A DNA stretch of 23,904 nt, from positions 1 through 23,904 of the forward strand of contig JAOUFI010000030.1 in assembly GCA_029858305.1 (NCBI GenBank), in the 5' to 3' direction. Under the pieces are notes generated by a model. That model had not been told where the DNA came from. It did no database searches and was given only the letters and a program-made list of their open reading frames with translations. The position numbers and the translations under genes were made by a program. Source of the stretch: Candidatus Thorarchaeota archaeon. Lineage in GTDB: Archaea > Asgardarchaeota > Thorarchaeia > Thorarchaeales > Thorarchaeaceae. Below are positions 1 to 8,218 of the stretch, one piece after another. Numbering within the stretch: position 1 is the first letter of the stretch; each line of letters opens with the position of its first letter.

Positions 1-145
1 TCAGCATATGCAATACCACCTCTCCAATCTCTCTCCCCCCTGCGATTGGTTTGCTCATGACATCGACATCTAGGAGTTGTTCAATGAGGGGTCGAGTTTC
101 ATCGAGGTGTCGTCTAATTGAATCCTTCAATATCTTATACGGCAT
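1..145 (-). CDS. DinB/YfiT-like protein, N-terminal part only (runs off the window)
   Basis: Not in the ORF track. Hand translation from ATG at 145 is open to the window edge: MPYKILKDSIRRHLDETRPLIEQLLDVDVMSKPIAGGREIGEVVLHML. The amphipathic helix plus P..GGR.IGEVVLH matches the DinB-superfamily first-His motif. Confidence 0.55.
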   Translation of the reverse strand, partial: MPYKILKDSIRRHLDETRPLIEQLLDVDVMSKPIAGGREIGEVVLHML

Positions 146-200
146 TTCAGGTCTCTCGTTATCCCGTAGCTATCATTAGTTCAAAAAAGACTCGATACAG

Positions 201-965
201 CTAAACTCCTCGAAATCCCTCACAGAATGCTAGTATGTTCTTTCCAAGGTCCTTGAAATTGTATCCGCCTTCTAGGAGAGCATACCTACGACCAGCACAT
301 CTTTCCTTGGCAAACTCATACATCATCCTGCCAATCTCATGAAATGCATGCGTTGACAGATTTCCGCCCCAGTCATTCTCATATTGATCAAATCCAGCAG
401 AAGCCACGATGATGTCAACATCGCGCGCGTTGTCCAAGTGTTTCTTCACATCTGCTAGGTATTGCTTATCCTTGTTGTCGTCTGGATTATAGATTTGGAA
501 GTTCTTATCGTGACCTAGGATGTTGATATTTCCATCACCGTCATGAAGGTCAAAATCAAGTATGAATGCGGAATCAATGAGCCCCTGTGCTCTGAGTTCA
601 AGTAACGACACAGCGATATTATTGAAGTAGCAAAAGCCCCAATGCGAGTCTTGAGACGCATGATGCCCGGGTGGACGGATGAGCGCAAAACACGGTTCTC
701 CCTTCATAGCAATCTCACCAGCCAAGATTGCTCCTCCAGCGGCAAGATACGCCATTTTTGCCAGTGTTTTATCTCTCTCTACGCCGTGAATTAGATTCTT
801 AGAATGTGCTCTGAATATCTGTTGTTCCTTTGCTGGTTCTGGCTGAATGAACTCATACTCCGGATGGGCTTTGAGAATCTCAACTGCAGACTCCAACCTT
901 CCTAATGCTCCCGCAGGGGTACTATCATAGGACTGCAACATCAAGGGATGATATACGATTTTCAC
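201..965 (-). CDS. Histone deacetylase family protein (HDAC/AcuC/AphA, Zn-dependent)
   Basis: RPPGHHA, GFCYFNN, DFDLHDGDG, SAGFD and LEGGY motifs. GTG start. Confidence 0.93.
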   Translation of the reverse strand: MKIVYHPLMLQSYDSTPAGALGRLESAVEILKAHPEYEFIQPEPAKEQQIFRAHSKNLIHGVERDKTLAKMAYLAAGGAILAGEIAMKGEPCFALIRPPGHHASQDSHWGFCYFNNIAVSLLELRAQGLIDSAFILDFDLHDGDGNINILGHDKNFQIYNPDDNKDKQYLADVKKHLDNARDVDIIVASAGFDQYENDWGGNLSTHAFHEIGRMMYEFAKERCAGRRYALLEGGYNFKDLGKNILAFCEGFRGV

Positions 966-1031
966 AATATTCCAAGAGAACTTCCCACGATATGTATCTG
1001 TGGGTTCTAGTTCTCACTGAGTTGATTATAT

Positions 1032-1078
1032 GAAAAAGAATTCAGTGGACAGTACAGGCTTGCGGCCTGCCTGCCCCA
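1032..1078 (-). terminator. Stem-loop plus U-tract after the rpl11-rpl1-rplP0-rpl12 unit
   Basis: Minus strand GGGCAG-GCAGGC-CGCAA-GCCUGU-A-CUGUCC (12 bp, one bulge), followed by UUCUUUUUC at 1040-1032. Confidence 0.45.
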
Positions 1079-1112
1079 TTGGTTTGATATTTGAAGAGAG
1101 TGGAAAGAGAAT

Positions 1113-1418
1113 CTAACCGAATAGACTTCCAAGCCCTGCGGTGAACTCTTCTTCTTTCTCTTCTTCTTTCTTTTCTTCCTTCTTACCCTTCTCTTTAGCT
1201 GCTTCTCCGCCTGCTGCGGCTGGAGCTGCTGCAACTGGCATGGCGGCTGCGCTCTTCAAGGCTTCATCAATGTTGACGCCTTCGAGGGCTGCTAGCAACG
1301 CTTTGATTCTACCCTTATCAGGTGTGGCACCTGCGGCGGCTAGAACATCTTCCATTGCTTTAGCTGACAGTTTTTGGCCAGTCTTGTGGAGCAGAAGTGC
1401 TGCATATACGTATTCCAT
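1113..1418 (-). CDS. rpl12: 50S ribosomal stalk protein P1/L12p (aP1)
   Basis: [12 protein letters not shown]-terminus, Ala-rich hinge, acidic tail ending GLGSLFG. Confidence 0.97.
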   Translation of the reverse strand: MEYVYAALLLHKTGQKLSAKAMEDVLAAAGATPDKGRIKALLAALEGVNIDEALKSAAAMPVAAAPAAAGGEAAKEKGKKEEKKEEEKEEEFTAGLGSLFG

Positions 1419-1438
1419 TTTTTCTACCTCGTGATTGT

Positions 1439-2452
1439 TTATCCAAACAGGCCTCCAATGCCTGCTACAGATTCTCCCTCTTCCTCATCATCATCTTCAG
1501 GTTCTGCTGGTTTTGTTGCAGCCTCGGTTGGAGTATCAGCAACAGCAGCTGCTGCTTGAACATGATTCATGACTTCTGAAGGTATTGCATCCGGATCCTT
1601 CGCTGAGATTGCTGCTGCTAATGCGAATGCCTCTGAGTTCGCCTTGGAGAGGAACTGCTCAAGCATTTCTGGAACAAAGAACCCGATTTGTAGAACGAGA
1701 TTCTTCGCCTCTATGTTTGCCTTAGCAATGATAAGTGGAATTGTTTCCACTGTTGGATATCCGGTATTGATTGAAAGATTGATTGCTAGTTGGTGACCCA
1801 AGATGACCTCGCTGAACAATTGTTCAAGATCTATCTCGAAACTATCTGCAGTGAGAACCTCGCCATCAGTATATGCTGCAATCAGCTTGAGTTGAAGTTC
1901 CATTGGTTCAATTCCAAGCCTGCTCAGCATTTGAGCCATAGCGTTTGAAATGATGCTTCCTGCCTTTACTGCAATTGTATCATCAGTGATGTGAATAACA
2001 CCGCCCTTAACACGTGAGGGTATCTTCAAGGCTGCAAGTTCACTGATGAATGGTCCTGGAGCAACTCCAGTGTTCATGGCTGGTACCAATATGTCCTTTG
2101 GAGAAACTTGACCTCCCTTTGCAGGAGCTGCAGCCTTATTCTCACTAAGGAATTTGCTCAACGCAAAGGGGTCCTGTTCACTAAAGATGAATGCTACTGG
2201 CCCCTTCACATACTCGACAAGGTCTTTGACATTTTTCTTGGTAGAGTTCTCCAGAGCTCTAATCATGAGGGTGTTCCTGGCCATTTTCAAGACCGCAGAT
2301 CCCCTCAGATTCTCTCGGATTCCTCCAAGTTGTTTTGCTCCGACACCCTCAACATTCACGAGACCAATCATCTTACTCTCGTTGATGGTAGTGGTTAGTT
2401 TTTCGACTGCGTCCAACTTCCATTGAGGAATTGTCTTCTCATATACTGACAC
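1439..2452 (-). CDS. rplP0: 50S ribosomal protein L10/P0 (uL10)
   Basis: [22 protein letters not shown], acidic C-terminus GIGGLFG. GGTGA SD before the GTG. Canonical L1-L10-L12 order. Confidence 0.97.
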   Translation of the reverse strand: MSVYEKTIPQWKLDAVEKLTTTINESKMIGLVNVEGVGAKQLGGIRENLRGSAVLKMARNTLMIRALENSTKKNVKDLVEYVKGPVAFIFSEQDPFALSKFLSENKAAAPAKGGQVSPKDILVPAMNTGVAPGPFISELAALKIPSRVKGGVIHITDDTIAVKAGSIISNAMAQMLSRLGIEPMELQLKLIAAYTDGEVLTADSFEIDLEQLFSEVILGHQLAINLSINTGYPTVETIPLIIAKANIEAKNLVLQIGFFVPEMLEQFLSKANSEAFALAAAISAKDPDAIPSEVMNHVQAAAAVADTPTEAATKPAEPEDDDEEEGESVAGIGGLFG

Positions 2453-2466
2453 TCAATATCACCAAC

Positions 2467-3123
2467 CTATGCAGATATCTCAATGACCGGCCCCATGGTC
2501 ATCTTGACCATGATGTGGCTGATTCTTGCAGTGAATCCCTTACTCTCGATGAAGTTCAGAATTGCTGCGATATTATCTGCAATCTCTCTATCATTCATTT
2601 TTTCATGGCCCACTTTCACATGGAATGTGGGTGTGTTCCTCATTCTGATACGAACCGTCCGATGGTATTGGTTAACTATCGCACTCAGGTCTGCCTGTGG
2701 AGGGAACGGTCGTGGCATCTTGCCCCTTGAACCAAGTGCTTGGCCCAGATATCGGCCTATCAGGGGCATCGCATCAACTGCGGCAATGAAGAAATCATAG
2801 CTCTTCGCTAGATTCTTTCTATCCCTCTTCTCTTCGCCAACCTTCGGAATGTCATCCTTAGATACAACATGCTCAGCCCCGGCTGCAATTGCTTTTTCTG
2901 CAAACTCGCCATCGCCTATAGCACAGATTTTTGGTAAGGGATAGAGTGTATTGGGTAGTACAAGTTCCTGATTGAACCTGTTTTCAGGCTTTGAAACATC
3001 TAACTCTTTCTTTCTAAAGTTGACTGCTAGATCAAAGCTCTGCTCGAACTTGATGCCTCTCTCAGTACCCTTCGCTCTGGCTTCAGCAACTGCTGCCTCT
3101 ATCTTATCGACTTTTGTTGACAC
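2467..3123 (-). CDS. rpl1: 50S ribosomal protein L1 (uL1)
   Basis: FEQSFDLAVNF, YDFFIA, LGSRGKMP and VKMTMGP motifs. Confidence 0.97.
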   Translation of the reverse strand: MSTKVDKIEAAVAEARAKGTERGIKFEQSFDLAVNFRKKELDVSKPENRFNQELVLPNTLYPLPKICAIGDGEFAEKAIAAGAEHVVSKDDIPKVGEEKRDRKNLAKSYDFFIAAVDAMPLIGRYLGQALGSRGKMPRPFPPQADLSAIVNQYHRTVRIRMRNTPTFHVKVGHEKMNDREIADNIAAILNFIESKGFTARISHIMVKMTMGPVIEISA

Positions 3124-3129
3124 TCACTA

Positions 3130-3630
3130 TCACTTCCTCAATGGTTCATCCAGCTGGGCATCCCAAAGCCCTTCTCGGACTTCACTCTGGAATTGTTTTG
3201 CGGTCTTACCTTCGATATTTACGCCCATCTGGCCGCATGTACCTGATATAGTTAGGACTGCAGCTTTCATGGTCTGGGCTGAGAGGTCATTTGCCTTACC
3301 TTTTGCGATACTCTTCAACTGATCCACGGTGAGATTGCCAATGATAGCAGTGTTTGGTGTTCCAGAACCCTTGGGAGCTCCCACCTCTTTCAGTATCAGT
3401 GCGCTGGTTGGTGGTGTTCCTACTTCAATCTCAAAGCTCTTGTCATTCGGATTCACAATTATCTTAACAGGGACTTTCAATCCTGTAAATGGTTGTGTAA
3501 TCTCATTGATTTTGGTCACAACTTGGAAGATGTTGACGCCTGTTGGCCCAAGAGCGGGACCGATAGGAGGTCCTCCACTGGCCTTCGCACCCTCTACCAT
3601 GGCTTCTACAATAATTGGTTTTTCACTCAA
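3130..3630 (-). CDS. rpl11: 50S ribosomal protein L11 (uL11)
   Basis: GAKASGGPPIGPALGPTGVN, VGTPPTSAL, GTCGQMGV. Start moved from the track's 3672 to TTG at 3630 (AGGAG at 3646-3642; normal archaeal L11 length). Confidence 0.96.
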   Translation of the reverse strand: MSEKPIIVEAMVEGAKASGGPPIGPALGPTGVNIFQVVTKINEITQPFTGLKVPVKIIVNPNDKSFEIEVGTPPTSALILKEVGAPKGSGTPNTAIIGNLTVDQLKSIAKGKANDLSAQTMKAAVLTISGTCGQMGVNIEGKTAKQFQSEVREGLWDAQLDEPLRK

Positions 3631-3745
3631 TTCTTTCACGACTCCTAATGCAGTGCACTCGGGCGTACGCAACGCATCCGATGATGACGACCAGCGGGAC
3701 AGAAGTCATACTACATCCTGCTTGGTCTACTGCATTTACTGTCAT
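3623..3745 (-). CDS. Candidate 40-aa uORF/leader peptide upstream of rpl11
   Basis: GGGGTGAT SD at 3756-3749, ATG at 3745, MTVNAVDQAGCSMTSVPLVVIIGCVAYARVHCIRSRERIE, TGA at 3625-3623. Overlaps the rpl11 start by 8 nt. No homology evidence. Confidence 0.3.
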   Translation of the reverse strand: MTVNAVDQAGCSMTSVPLVVIIGCVAYARVHCIRSRERIE

Positions 3746-3781
3746 TTTATCACCCCGGACAATGGGCTTCATACCCATGTC
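3647..3781 (-). ncRNA. Structured 5' leader of the rpl11 operon (hairpin plus three-way junction)
   Basis: Perfect 8-bp closing stem AAUGCAGU/ACUGCAUU (3736-3729 with 3654-3647) enclosing two hairpins. Separate GACAUGGG/CCCAU-UGUC hairpin at 3781-3758. Confidence 0.5.
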
Positions 3782-3815
3782 AGATTAAGAGGATACGCTC
3801 GCTCGGACGTGTTCC

Positions 3816-3824
3816 GTTTTAAGG
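3816..3824 (-). promoter_or_regulatory. Putative TATA box for the rpl11 operon
   Basis: CCTTAAAAC on the minus strand, placed so that transcription would start near 3795, just ahead of the structured leader. Confidence 0.45.
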
Positions 3825-3924
3825 CTTACGACATAACAACATGTGAATTGGAATGAACTTAGTTCTAACCCATGTCGTATAGCGATCAATTGAGATCCGA
3901 AAACAGCACTTTGCTGAGTCTATA

Positions 3925-4623
3925 CTAATCTTCATCAGATGAGTGTGCCCAGAACGAGTCATCATCATCGAAATCATCAAATGATGAAGCCTTCACCTCT
4001 TCTCCCTCTTTCGGAGTTACTACTACAGGTTCTTTACGTTCTGCTCTCTCAACAATCTTGGCAAAATCTGCATGAACTCTAACAGGTATAGTATAGGGGC
4101 TATCCATAAGTTCGAGGATTAGTTCCTCCTTGCCTGCATCAACACGCTGAACTTTTGCTCGCTCTCCCTTGAATGGACCTGAGATTATCTCGACAATATC
4201 GCCCTCTGAGATACCTTCGGCTGCAGGTGGTGGTGCTAGGAATTTATCAATTTCATCCAAGCTGACCTTTCCTCCAACGCGGCCTCGTACATGGGGGACC
4301 CCTGAGATAGCAATCTCGACATCTCTAAATTCTGTGGTTTCGATAAAGACATAGCCTCGTAGAGTTTCAGGAACTAGTATTGCCTTGACCCTCCCAAGCA
4401 GTTGATTCTTTGAGATTAGTCTAGGCCCGCCTTCCTTCTTGCCCTTCTTCTTACACCCCTTCATGTGTTGCTTCGTTGCTTTCTCAGACGCAAAGTCTTC
4501 TGAACAAAATGGACACTCCCATACATCACTCTCTCCTATCACAGCTGTTGTAATCAGGTCAGTAACACTACGTTCTTGTCCAATCGTAGTCCTAACGGCA
4601 TAAATGCTTGTGGAGTTTTCCAT
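3925..4623 (-). CDS. spt5: Transcription elongation factor Spt5/NusG with an inserted C2HC zinc finger and acidic tail
   Basis: NGN (IYAVRTTIGQE...AILVPETLRGYVFIE) and KOW (GDIVEIISGPFKGERAKV) domains. secE-spt5-rpl11 synteny. Confidence 0.96.
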   Translation of the reverse strand: MENSTSIYAVRTTIGQERSVTDLITTAVIGESDVWECPFCSEDFASEKATKQHMKGCKKKGKKEGGPRLISKNQLLGRVKAILVPETLRGYVFIETTEFRDVEIAISGVPHVRGRVGGKVSLDEIDKFLAPPPAAEGISEGDIVEIISGPFKGERAKVQRVDAGKEELILELMDSPYTIPVRVHADFAKIVERAERKEPVVVTPKEGEEVKASSFDDFDDDDSFWAHSSDED

Positions 4624-4739
4624 TTTCTTACACTTCCTGTCAATCTTGATACTTTAATCTATAAGTTCGCAATAGGGGCGAAGCTGGGCAGTCTGAAATT
4701 TTTCACCTCAGCTGCAGATACAAGGGTATTGATGCTGAA

Positions 4740-4928
4740 TTATGTGGCCGTTGTACCCCAAGCGGCTGTTACCACGGTCATGATAACCTGAATTATGAAA
4801 CTCAGTGCACCCACGAGGAGCATTGCAAGTAGACTAATCTTTGTGCTAGTCCACAATTCTTTCCTAGAGGGCTTTGTAGCCAGTTTCAGAATCCTTCTGC
4901 TGTCGTTAATGAAGGAGCTAATACCCAT
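4740..4928 (-). CDS. secE: Protein translocase subunit SecE/Sec61-gamma
   Basis: RILKLATKPSRKE motif followed by one transmembrane helix. Lies between ftsZ and spt5. Confidence 0.95.
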   Translation of the reverse strand: MGISSFINDSRRILKLATKPSRKELWTSTKISLLAMLLVGALSFIIQVIMTVVTAAWGTTAT

Positions 4929-5026
4929 TTTGTTATCACATCCCTATAGAATACTGCTCGAGCAGCATGGGGATGTGAGGATTCTGAACTGGTTCTCTTT
5001 TAACATTTGCTGAGTATCCAAATAGA

Positions 5027-6163
5027 TTATGTCAAGCGAGGAACTCCTAAATCTGTCTTGAGATCATCTACCAAAGGAGTAAATGGTTCGGCTTTATCAA
5101 AGACATAAGGTGAATTGACTCCAGATGCAATGATGGTCACACGAAGACGATCTTCTAATTCTGGCATAATCAATGCGCCATAGATTACCTCAGCTCCTGG
5201 ATTCACTTGTTCAGTCACTAATTCTACTACGCGTTTCACCTCAAGAAGCTGCAAATCTGCACTACCACTAACATTCACAAGAAGATTTCGTGCGTTCTCA
5301 ATTGACACATCAATGAGTGGATTCCGAAGCGCGTTAATTACTGCCTCTTCAGCTCTGTTCTCGCCTTCACTCTCACCTAGAGCAATGATTGATACCCCAC
5401 CATTCTTCATGGTAGTTCTAACATCTGCAAAGTCTAGATTCACCAGACCTGGTTTTGAGATCAATTCTGCAATGCCTTTTACAGCTCTAACAAGGACCTC
5501 ATCTGCGACCATGAACGCTTCAGGTAGAGATAGGTCTGGTGCTATCTCCAGTAATTTTTCGTTTGGTATCGCAATAAGAGTGTCAACATGCTCCATTAAA
5601 GCATTGAGCCCTCGAGTCGCATTCTTTTTCCTGGTTGCACCTTCAACATCAAAGGGTAAACATACTATAGCCACTGTTAGAGCGCCATTCTCTTTTGCTG
5701 CCTTTGCTATGTGGGCTGCTGCTCCTGTTCCTGTCCCGCCACCCATTCCAGCAGTTATGAATACGAGATCTCCCCGAACAGTATCCTTGATGACATCATA
5801 TGTTTCAATGGCTGCAGCTTCTCCAATATCGGGATTATTACCTGCACCTAATCCTCCACAAGTTTCTCTCCCTAGTAGTAACTTGTGATGAGAGTTACAG
5901 AAGTACAGATCCTGTGCGTCTGTATTTGCTGCAAGGGTTTCTGCACCTTCTACGCCCACTTCCATGAGCCTAGTAATTGCGTTATTTCCAGCTCCACCAA
6001 CACCCACAACAAGAATTCTGGCATTGACTGATTCAAGAAGTTCTTCAAGCTCTTCATCAGTAGTAGCTGATTTTGCAACGTTCTTCGCGCGTTTTGCCTT
6101 TGGGTCACGCCTTCCGCCTGGTGAACTAAGGACCTCTTCTAATAATGGGTGCATATTAACCAC
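5027..6163 (-). CDS. ftsZ: Cell division protein FtsZ (FtsZ1-type locus)
   Basis: GVGGAGNN, NTDAQDL, GMGGGTGTG, NLDFADV. The true start may be ATG at 6154. Confidence 0.97.
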   Translation of the reverse strand: MVNMHPLLEEVLSSPGGRRDPKAKRAKNVAKSATTDEELEELLESVNARILVVGVGGAGNNAITRLMEVGVEGAETLAANTDAQDLYFCNSHHKLLLGRETCGGLGAGNNPDIGEAAAIETYDVIKDTVRGDLVFITAGMGGGTGTGAAAHIAKAAKENGALTVAIVCLPFDVEGATRKKNATRGLNALMEHVDTLIAIPNEKLLEIAPDLSLPEAFMVADEVLVRAVKGIAELISKPGLVNLDFADVRTTMKNGGVSIIALGESEGENRAEEAVINALRNPLIDVSIENARNLLVNVSGSADLQLLEVKRVVELVTEQVNPGAEVIYGALIMPELEDRLRVTIIASGVNSPYVFDKAEPFTPLVDDLKTDLGVPRLT

Positions 6164-6241
6164 TCACATCTGCCTTCGAGTGTTAATACCCACGTATTGT
6201 TACAAGAAAAAGTAGAATACTACCGTGGTAATACTAGGCGA

Positions 6242-7216
6242 TTACTTGCTTTTTCTCTTCTTACCGGCTGTCTTGAATGTCTTAAACGTCTTAAGAATAG
6301 GTTCTATGGAAATATCGTGCTGGCGCAAGAACCGAGCTACCTCTTCAAGAGTTGGTTGTCCATTCTGTGCACCCTGTTTAGTAATTGTCAATGCGGCTAC
6401 AGCGTTTGCCATATTGAGCGCTTGTTCTATGTTCTCTGAACGTATCCAAGCTGTGATGAATCCCGCGGCAAAAGAATCTCCTGCCCCCATCGTATCTACA
6501 ACTGGGACTTCAAAAATATGAGATGTACAATACTCAAAGCCATCTGTGGCGATGGCTCCCTTTTCTCCCATTTTGAGGATGACGATTCCTGGAAATGTCT
6601 TAGCAAACGCTCTCAGCTCTGGTTCATTTGCTTCAATGTTAAAATACTCTTTGAGTTCTTCTTGATTGATAAATAGAAGGTCTGTATGTCCTAGTATCCT
6701 CTTGAAATCTAGTTTACCAGCTGCTCTACCCGGGTCAAGGGATATTATCATTCCATGATTTGCGGCTAATTCCATCGCTCTATCAATCATCATTGGAAAT
6801 GAGCCTGCTAAGTGCATGACTTGAGCCTCAATAAGATTCTCTTCTTCGAAGAGTCGTTTCTCGAGAAACTTATTCGCTCCAGGTTTAGCGACAACAAGCC
6901 AGTCGTCTGCCGCATCATGTGTATAGATAAAAAGACCTGTAGATTGATTTTCAAGAACAAGAATGCAACTTGTGTCTACTCCTATCTTTGACATCTCTTT
7001 TACAGCAAGATGTCCATACGGATCATCGCCCACACAACTAACAAGAGTGGTCTTGACACCTAGCCGTGATGCTTGAGTGGCGAAGTTCGCTGCAGATCCT
7101 CCAAACGATATATGTCCCTCTTCGCAGATTACATGCTCGTTCTTCTTGGGGATTGTATCAACACGCATATCAATGTCCATGTTGATTCTACCCAATACAA
7201 CGAACTCGCCGACCAA
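6242..7216 (-). CDS. PfkB/ribokinase-family carbohydrate or nucleoside kinase
   Basis: GGSAANFA...SRLG and DTMGAGDSFAAGF PfkB signatures. Substrate not determinable. Confidence 0.93.
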   Translation of the reverse strand: MVGEFVVLGRINMDIDMRVDTIPKKNEHVICEEGHISFGGSAANFATQASRLGVKTTLVSCVGDDPYGHLAVKEMSKIGVDTSCILVLENQSTGLFIYTHDAADDWLVVAKPGANKFLEKRLFEEENLIEAQVMHLAGSFPMMIDRAMELAANHGMIISLDPGRAAGKLDFKRILGHTDLLFINQEELKEYFNIEANEPELRAFAKTFPGIVILKMGEKGAIATDGFEYCTSHIFEVPVVDTMGAGDSFAAGFITAWIRSENIEQALNMANAVAALTITKQGAQNGQPTLEEVARFLRQHDISIEPILKTFKTFKTAGKKRKSK

Positions 7217-7228
7217 AAAATCAACCTC

Positions 7229-8152
7229 TTAGACTATCAATGCCATGATACCCTTCTGAGCATGAAGCCGATTCTCCGCCTGGTCGAATACCACGGAGTG
7301 CGGTCCATCCATGACTTCTGATGTCAGTTCTTCATCTCTGTGTGCAGGAAGACAGTGCATCACAATAACATCTTTCTTTGCCTTTCCAACAAGAACCTTG
7401 TTCACTTGGAAGGGCATGAGGGCCGCCTCCTTCTCCTTGGACCGCTCTTGTCCCATGCTGAAGAAAGTATCCGTATAGATAACATCCGCCCCCTTTACAG
7501 CCTCATCCGGATTGTTCACGACCTCAAGTGTTGTTCCATACTTCTTACTTAGATGGGTCGCCTTCTTTAGGATCACTTCTGAGGGTGTATATCCCTTGGG
7601 AGAACCGATTGTGACATCCATCCCCATGATAGTACAGCCCTGCATTATGGAATTACTCACATTGTTTGAATCTCCAACATAGACAATCTTCTGTCCCTCT
7701 AGACTTCCTCTATGCTCTTCAATTGTTAACATATCTGCCATAATTTGACAGGGATGAAGGAGATCAGAGAGACCATTGATAACAGGTACAGTGGCATACT
7801 TAGCTAAATCTGTTACATCACTATGGGCAAACACTCTTGCCATAATTACATCACAATACCTACTGAGTACTTGAGCTGTGTCTCCAATTGTTTCGCCGCG
7901 CCCAAGCTGGGATCCGCCTGGTTCTAGGTAAAGAGCATGCCCCCCAAGTTGAGTCATTCCCACTTCAAATGATACACGAGTTCTCGTGGATGACTTCATG
8001 AAAATCATTGCTAGGGATTTTCCTTTTAGCAGTTCATGTGGCTCTCCGCGCTTCTGTTTTCGTTTAAGATCAGCACCAGCATCTAAGAACTGCCTTAATT
8101 CATACCTTTCAAAGTCTGATAAGTCAATGAAACTTCTACCTTTCAGGCTCAA
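7229..8152 (-). CDS. argF: Ornithine carbamoyltransferase
   Basis: SSTRTRVSFE, HPCQ, SMGQ, HCLP motifs. Start refined to TTG at 8152 because the track's GTG at 8161 is part of the GAGGTG SD. Anabolic or catabolic role not resolvable. Confidence 0.96.
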   Translation of the reverse strand: MSLKGRSFIDLSDFERYELRQFLDAGADLKRKQKRGEPHELLKGKSLAMIFMKSSTRTRVSFEVGMTQLGGHALYLEPGGSQLGRGETIGDTAQVLSRYCDVIMARVFAHSDVTDLAKYATVPVINGLSDLLHPCQIMADMLTIEEHRGSLEGQKIVYVGDSNNVSNSIMQGCTIMGMDVTIGSPKGYTPSEVILKKATHLSKKYGTTLEVVNNPDEAVKGADVIYTDTFFSMGQERSKEKEAALMPFQVNKVLVGKAKKDVIVMHCLPAHRDEELTSEVMDGPHSVVFDQAENRLHAQKGIMALIV

Positions 8153-8197
8153 TATTAACACCTCTAGGCTTGTATACTGCCCTTCATATGAGCCTCG

Positions 8198-8205
8198 TAT
8201 AAAAA
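8198..8205 (-). promoter_or_regulatory. Putative TATA box for argF-pfkB
   Basis: TTTTTATA on the minus strand ~45 nt before the argF start, flanked by TGAGC/GCTCA inverted repeats. Confidence 0.5.
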
Positions 8206-8218
8206 GCTCACCACTTGC

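Noticed and set aside
1007-1234. 75-aa Lys/Arg-rich ORF
   Set aside because: Alternative frame of the purine-rich rpl12 acidic tail.
3040-3090. Methanococcus-type L1-binding site in the 5' coding region of rpl1 (GAAGCC...GGCAUCAAGUUC)
   Set aside because: Some pairing is possible, but it has GAAG instead of GGAG and lacks the conserved G after the helix, so it does not fit the L1 target consensus.
3681-3760. Perfect C box ATGATGA suggesting a C/D-box sRNA on the plus strand
   Set aside because: No CTGA D box within a normal distance. The region is better explained as the minus-strand rpl11 leader.
6266-6292. FKTFKTFKT tripeptide repeat near the PfkB C-terminus
   Set aside because: Short degenerate 9-nt duplication in a variable tail, with no sign of function.
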